From positions 1-40,641 of the forward strand of contig JBDRRP010000072.1 in assembly GCA_043825735.1 (NCBI GenBank): 40,641 bases of DNA, in the 5' to 3' direction. The translations under genes and the position numbers were made by a program. A model generated the notes under the pieces. It was not told the DNA's origin, did no database searches, and saw nothing but the letters and a program-made list of their open reading frames with translations. The DNA is from Pseudomonadota bacterium (GTDB lineage Bacteria > Desulfobacterota > Desulfobacteria > Desulfobacterales > JBDRRP01). Positions 38,004-40,641 of the stretch are shown in pieces (position 1 is the first letter of the stretch; each line of letters opens with the position of its first letter).

Positions 38004-40400
38004 ATGATCCACCGATCCATTGCTGTCATCCTGACGGGTTGTGCCGTCATTTTCGCACTGACCGGCTGTGCGTCCATGAACCGCTACCAGAGCACCGGCG
38101 ATCTTTCCCTTGCGGGGCTCACGGCCCCGGTGACGGTTCACCGGGATGAGAAGGGGATGGCCTTCATCTATGCGGGCAACCGCCGGGACGCACTGGTCGC
38201 CTACGGATTTGTCACCGCACAGGATCGGCTGTTTCAGATGGAACTGGTGCGGCGACTGGCCGAGGGGCGGATCTGTGAGCTGGCCGGCGATAAGGCACTG
38301 GCCCTGGATCGGCGCATGCGCACCATCGGCTTTTACCGGCAGGCCCAGCGGCATGCGGCCTTGCTGGACGATAACACCCGCCGCCACTTTGAGGCCTATC
38401 TGGACGGGGTGAACGCCTACATCGGCACCCGGGAAGAATTCTGGCCGCTGGAGTTCAAACTGGCCGGCATCCGGCCGACGCCCTGGACCGTGGCGGACTC
38501 GCTGGCCATTTTTTATTATATGAGCTGGAATTCTTCGGCCAATCTTCATACCGAAATCATCATGCAGATGCTCGTGGAAAAGCTGGGGCCGCAGCGGGCC
38601 ATGGCCCTGATGCCCATCAACATCAATCCGGATGATCCCTTGGGCGCCCGCGGCGCAGGGGATGCGCCCGCCGCCCGTTTTGCAGCCACCGGCCGCCCGT
38701 TGACGGATGGGCTCGCCGCCTTTCTGGAAGACGGGCCCCTGCGGGTGGGCAGCAACAACTGGGTGGTGGGCCCGAAAATGACCGCTGCCGGCAAACCGAT
38801 CCTGGCCAACGATCCGCATCTGGATGTCCGCATGCTGCCGGGTCCGTGGTATCCGGCCGGATTGATTCTGCCGGAGCAGCGTATTGTCGGTGTGGGTATC
38901 CCGGGCATATCCAGCATGGTGATTTTCAGAAACGATTACATTGCCACGGGGCTCACCAATGCCTACGCCGACGCCCAGGATCTATACGTGGAAGACGTTG
39001 ACCCAGACCAGCCGGATCACTACCGGGAAGGCGAGCGGTCGATTCCTTTCGAGACGGTGACAGAAGAGATTCGAGTCAAGGACAAGTCTGCTCCGGACGG
39101 GTTTCGCAGCGAATCACTGAAAATCCGGCTGACCCGGCGGGGTCCCGTGGTCAGTGGTGTCCTGCCAGGCCTTGAAACGTCCCGGGTAATCACGCTCCGG
39201 TGGGCGCCCTTTGAGACGATGGGGCCCCGCACCGGCGTTGAAAGCTTCATGTTTGCCAAGAGTGCCCAGGATTTCCGCAGCGTACTTGCCGATGTCAACT
39301 GGATGATGCTCAATTTCGTCTTCGCCGACACCGGCGGGAACATCGGTTGGGTGTCATCGGGGAAGATACCCATCAGGGCCGAGGGCACCGGCACAGTGCC
39401 CACCGCGGTTACCGGGCCCCAGGACACCTGGACCGGATGGATTCCATTTGACGAGATGCCCCAGGCCATGAATCCGGCCAAGGGATGGGTGGGGACCTGC
39501 AATCACAAGACCGTGAGCGCGGACTACCCGTATTACTACAGCTCCTACTTCGCATCCTCGTATCGGTACCGACGGCTCAAGGAAATCATGGAAAGCGCGG
39601 CGGAAACCACTGGCGCGGACCACTGGCGTTTTCAGCAGGACACCGTAAACACCATGGCCATGACCATGGCGCCCATCTTTGCCCGCATCCTGAAAGTCTC
39701 TCCGGACACCCGGGACATGGCAAAAATACTGGATGCCTGGGATTACAGCGACGATCCGGACAAAGCCGCGCCGGCCATATTTCAGGCGGTCTATCGTGAA
39801 CTGGCCCGGGCCACGTTCGAAGACGAACTGGGGCCTGATCTGGCCGCCACCATGCTCGAGAGCTGGTATTTCTGGCAGGAACGTTTCCAGCGGATGGTGG
39901 TCGCCGAGGCGGGGCCATGGTTTGACGATGTCTCAACGCCGGAAGTGCGGGAAGACTTCACCGACCGGGTGCTCACTGCCGGAGCGGCCGCGCGCAGCTG
40001 GCTTTCCGAGCGGATGGGCAGCGACCCCTACCGGTGGCGCTGGGGCAAGGTCCACACGATCACCTATTTAAGCCCGGTGCGCCGCAGCGGCTTAGGGCAG
40101 GGCGTGATGGGCGGCGGTACCCACGCCTATCCGGGATCGGGCGAGACGCTCTACCGGGGCATCTACGATTTCAAGACGCCGTTCGATGTCACCGTGTCGG
40201 CGGCGCTGCGCATGGTGGTGGATTTTTCCGATCCGGACCGGATCATGGCAATTCTTCCCGGCGGCGTCACCGGCCGGGTGTTCCACCCCCACCACACCGA
40301 CCAGATCGAGACGTTTCTAAGCGGCGCCCAGGCCTGGTGGTGGTTCAGCGACGCGGCCATCGCGGCGCACACGACCGATACGCTGGTGCTTCAGCCCTGA
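38004..40400 (+). CDS. Penicillin acylase / Ntn-hydrolase (S45) family lipoprotein
   Basis: Lipobox LTGC; AQDRLFQME; catalytic GSNNW; LANDPHL. Confidence 0.92.
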   Translation: MIHRSIAVILTGCAVIFALTGCASMNRYQSTGDLSLAGLTAPVTVHRDEKGMAFIYAGNRRDALVAYGFVTAQDRLFQMELVRRLAEGRICELAGDKALALDRRMRTIGFYRQAQRHAALLDDNTRRHFEAYLDGVNAYIGTREEFWPLEFKLAGIRPTPWTVADSLAIFYYMSWNSSANLHTEIIMQMLVEKLGPQRAMALMPININPDDPLGARGAGDAPAARFAATGRPLTDGLAAFLEDGPLRVGSNNWVVGPKMTAAGKPILANDPHLDVRMLPGPWYPAGLILPEQRIVGVGIPGISSMVIFRNDYIATGLTNAYADAQDLYVEDVDPDQPDHYREGERSIPFETVTEEIRVKDKSAPDGFRSESLKIRLTRRGPVVSGVLPGLETSRVITLRWAPFETMGPRTGVESFMFAKSAQDFRSVLADVNWMMLNFVFADTGGNIGWVSSGKIPIRAEGTGTVPTAVTGPQDTWTGWIPFDEMPQAMNPAKGWVGTCNHKTVSADYPYYYSSYFASSYRYRRLKEIMESAAETTGADHWRFQQDTVNTMAMTMAPIFARILKVSPDTRDMAKILDAWDYSDDPDKAAPAIFQAVYRELARATFEDELGPDLAATMLESWYFWQERFQRMVVAEAGPWFDDVSTPEVREDFTDRVLTAGAAARSWLSERMGSDPYRWRWGKVHTITYLSPVRRSGLGQGVMGGGTHAYPGSGETLYRGIYDFKTPFDVTVSAALRMVVDFSDPDRIMAILPGGVTGRVFHPHHTDQIETFLSGAQAWWWFSDAAIAAHTTDTLVLQP

Positions 40401-40527
40401 GCAGCGGGACTTTCAAAAAAATGATGCCATCTGCCCGAGGGCGCTGGAAACAGGAGCCATCTGGAAGAAGGGGACGCCCTAAACTAATTAACTTGACGAT
40501 CACCACACGGATTGCTACGGGAAACCT

Positions 40528-40641
40528 ATGCCCCGTAAGGCCCGCATAGACGCCGCAGGCGCGCTTCACCACATCATCGTGCGCGGCATCGAGCGCCGCA
40601 AGGTGTTCATCGATGATGAAGATCGGGATGCGTTCATCGAC
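40528..40641 (+). mobile_element. RAYT-like / IS200-type Y1 HUH transposase, 5' part (truncated by window end)
   Basis: MPRKARIDAAGALHHIIVRGIERRKVFIDDEDRDAFID; typical N-terminus of RAYT-like Y1 transposases; not in the ORF track. Confidence 0.8.

Overview
About 60% GC bacterial chromosomal window; gene content and codon style suggest a Desulfobacterales-like deltaproteobacterium (inference). It is a patchwork of mostly unrelated genes: SDR/DUF2867, a vapBC-type TA pair, lipoproteins, an aldo/keto reductase, an octaheme HAO-family cytochrome c, a class II photolyase, a SlyD-like/methyltransferase fusion, acetoacetate-CoA ligase, a Kef-type antiporter, hybrid histidine kinases, cydABX with divergent cydDC, glnA, an SLC13 permease, a LarA-like protein, a dynamin-like GTPase, eukaryote-type hisA, a penicillin acylase-family protein and the 5' end of a RAYT-like Y1 transposase. 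Three features stand out. (1) Many intergenic regions in the first 27 kb carry inverted-arm elements built from short periodic units (6, 8, 9 or 10 bp); these are nested, chimeric, sometimes wrapped in a common TIR, and show a compensatory base change. (2) An operon at 9.7-11.4 kb (ABC permease, hybrid kinase, AttH-like gene) appears collapsed by serial internal deletions that kept most gene ends. (3) A kinase frameshift appears to have been created by quasi-palindrome correction. No rRNA, tRNA or CRISPR array was seen.
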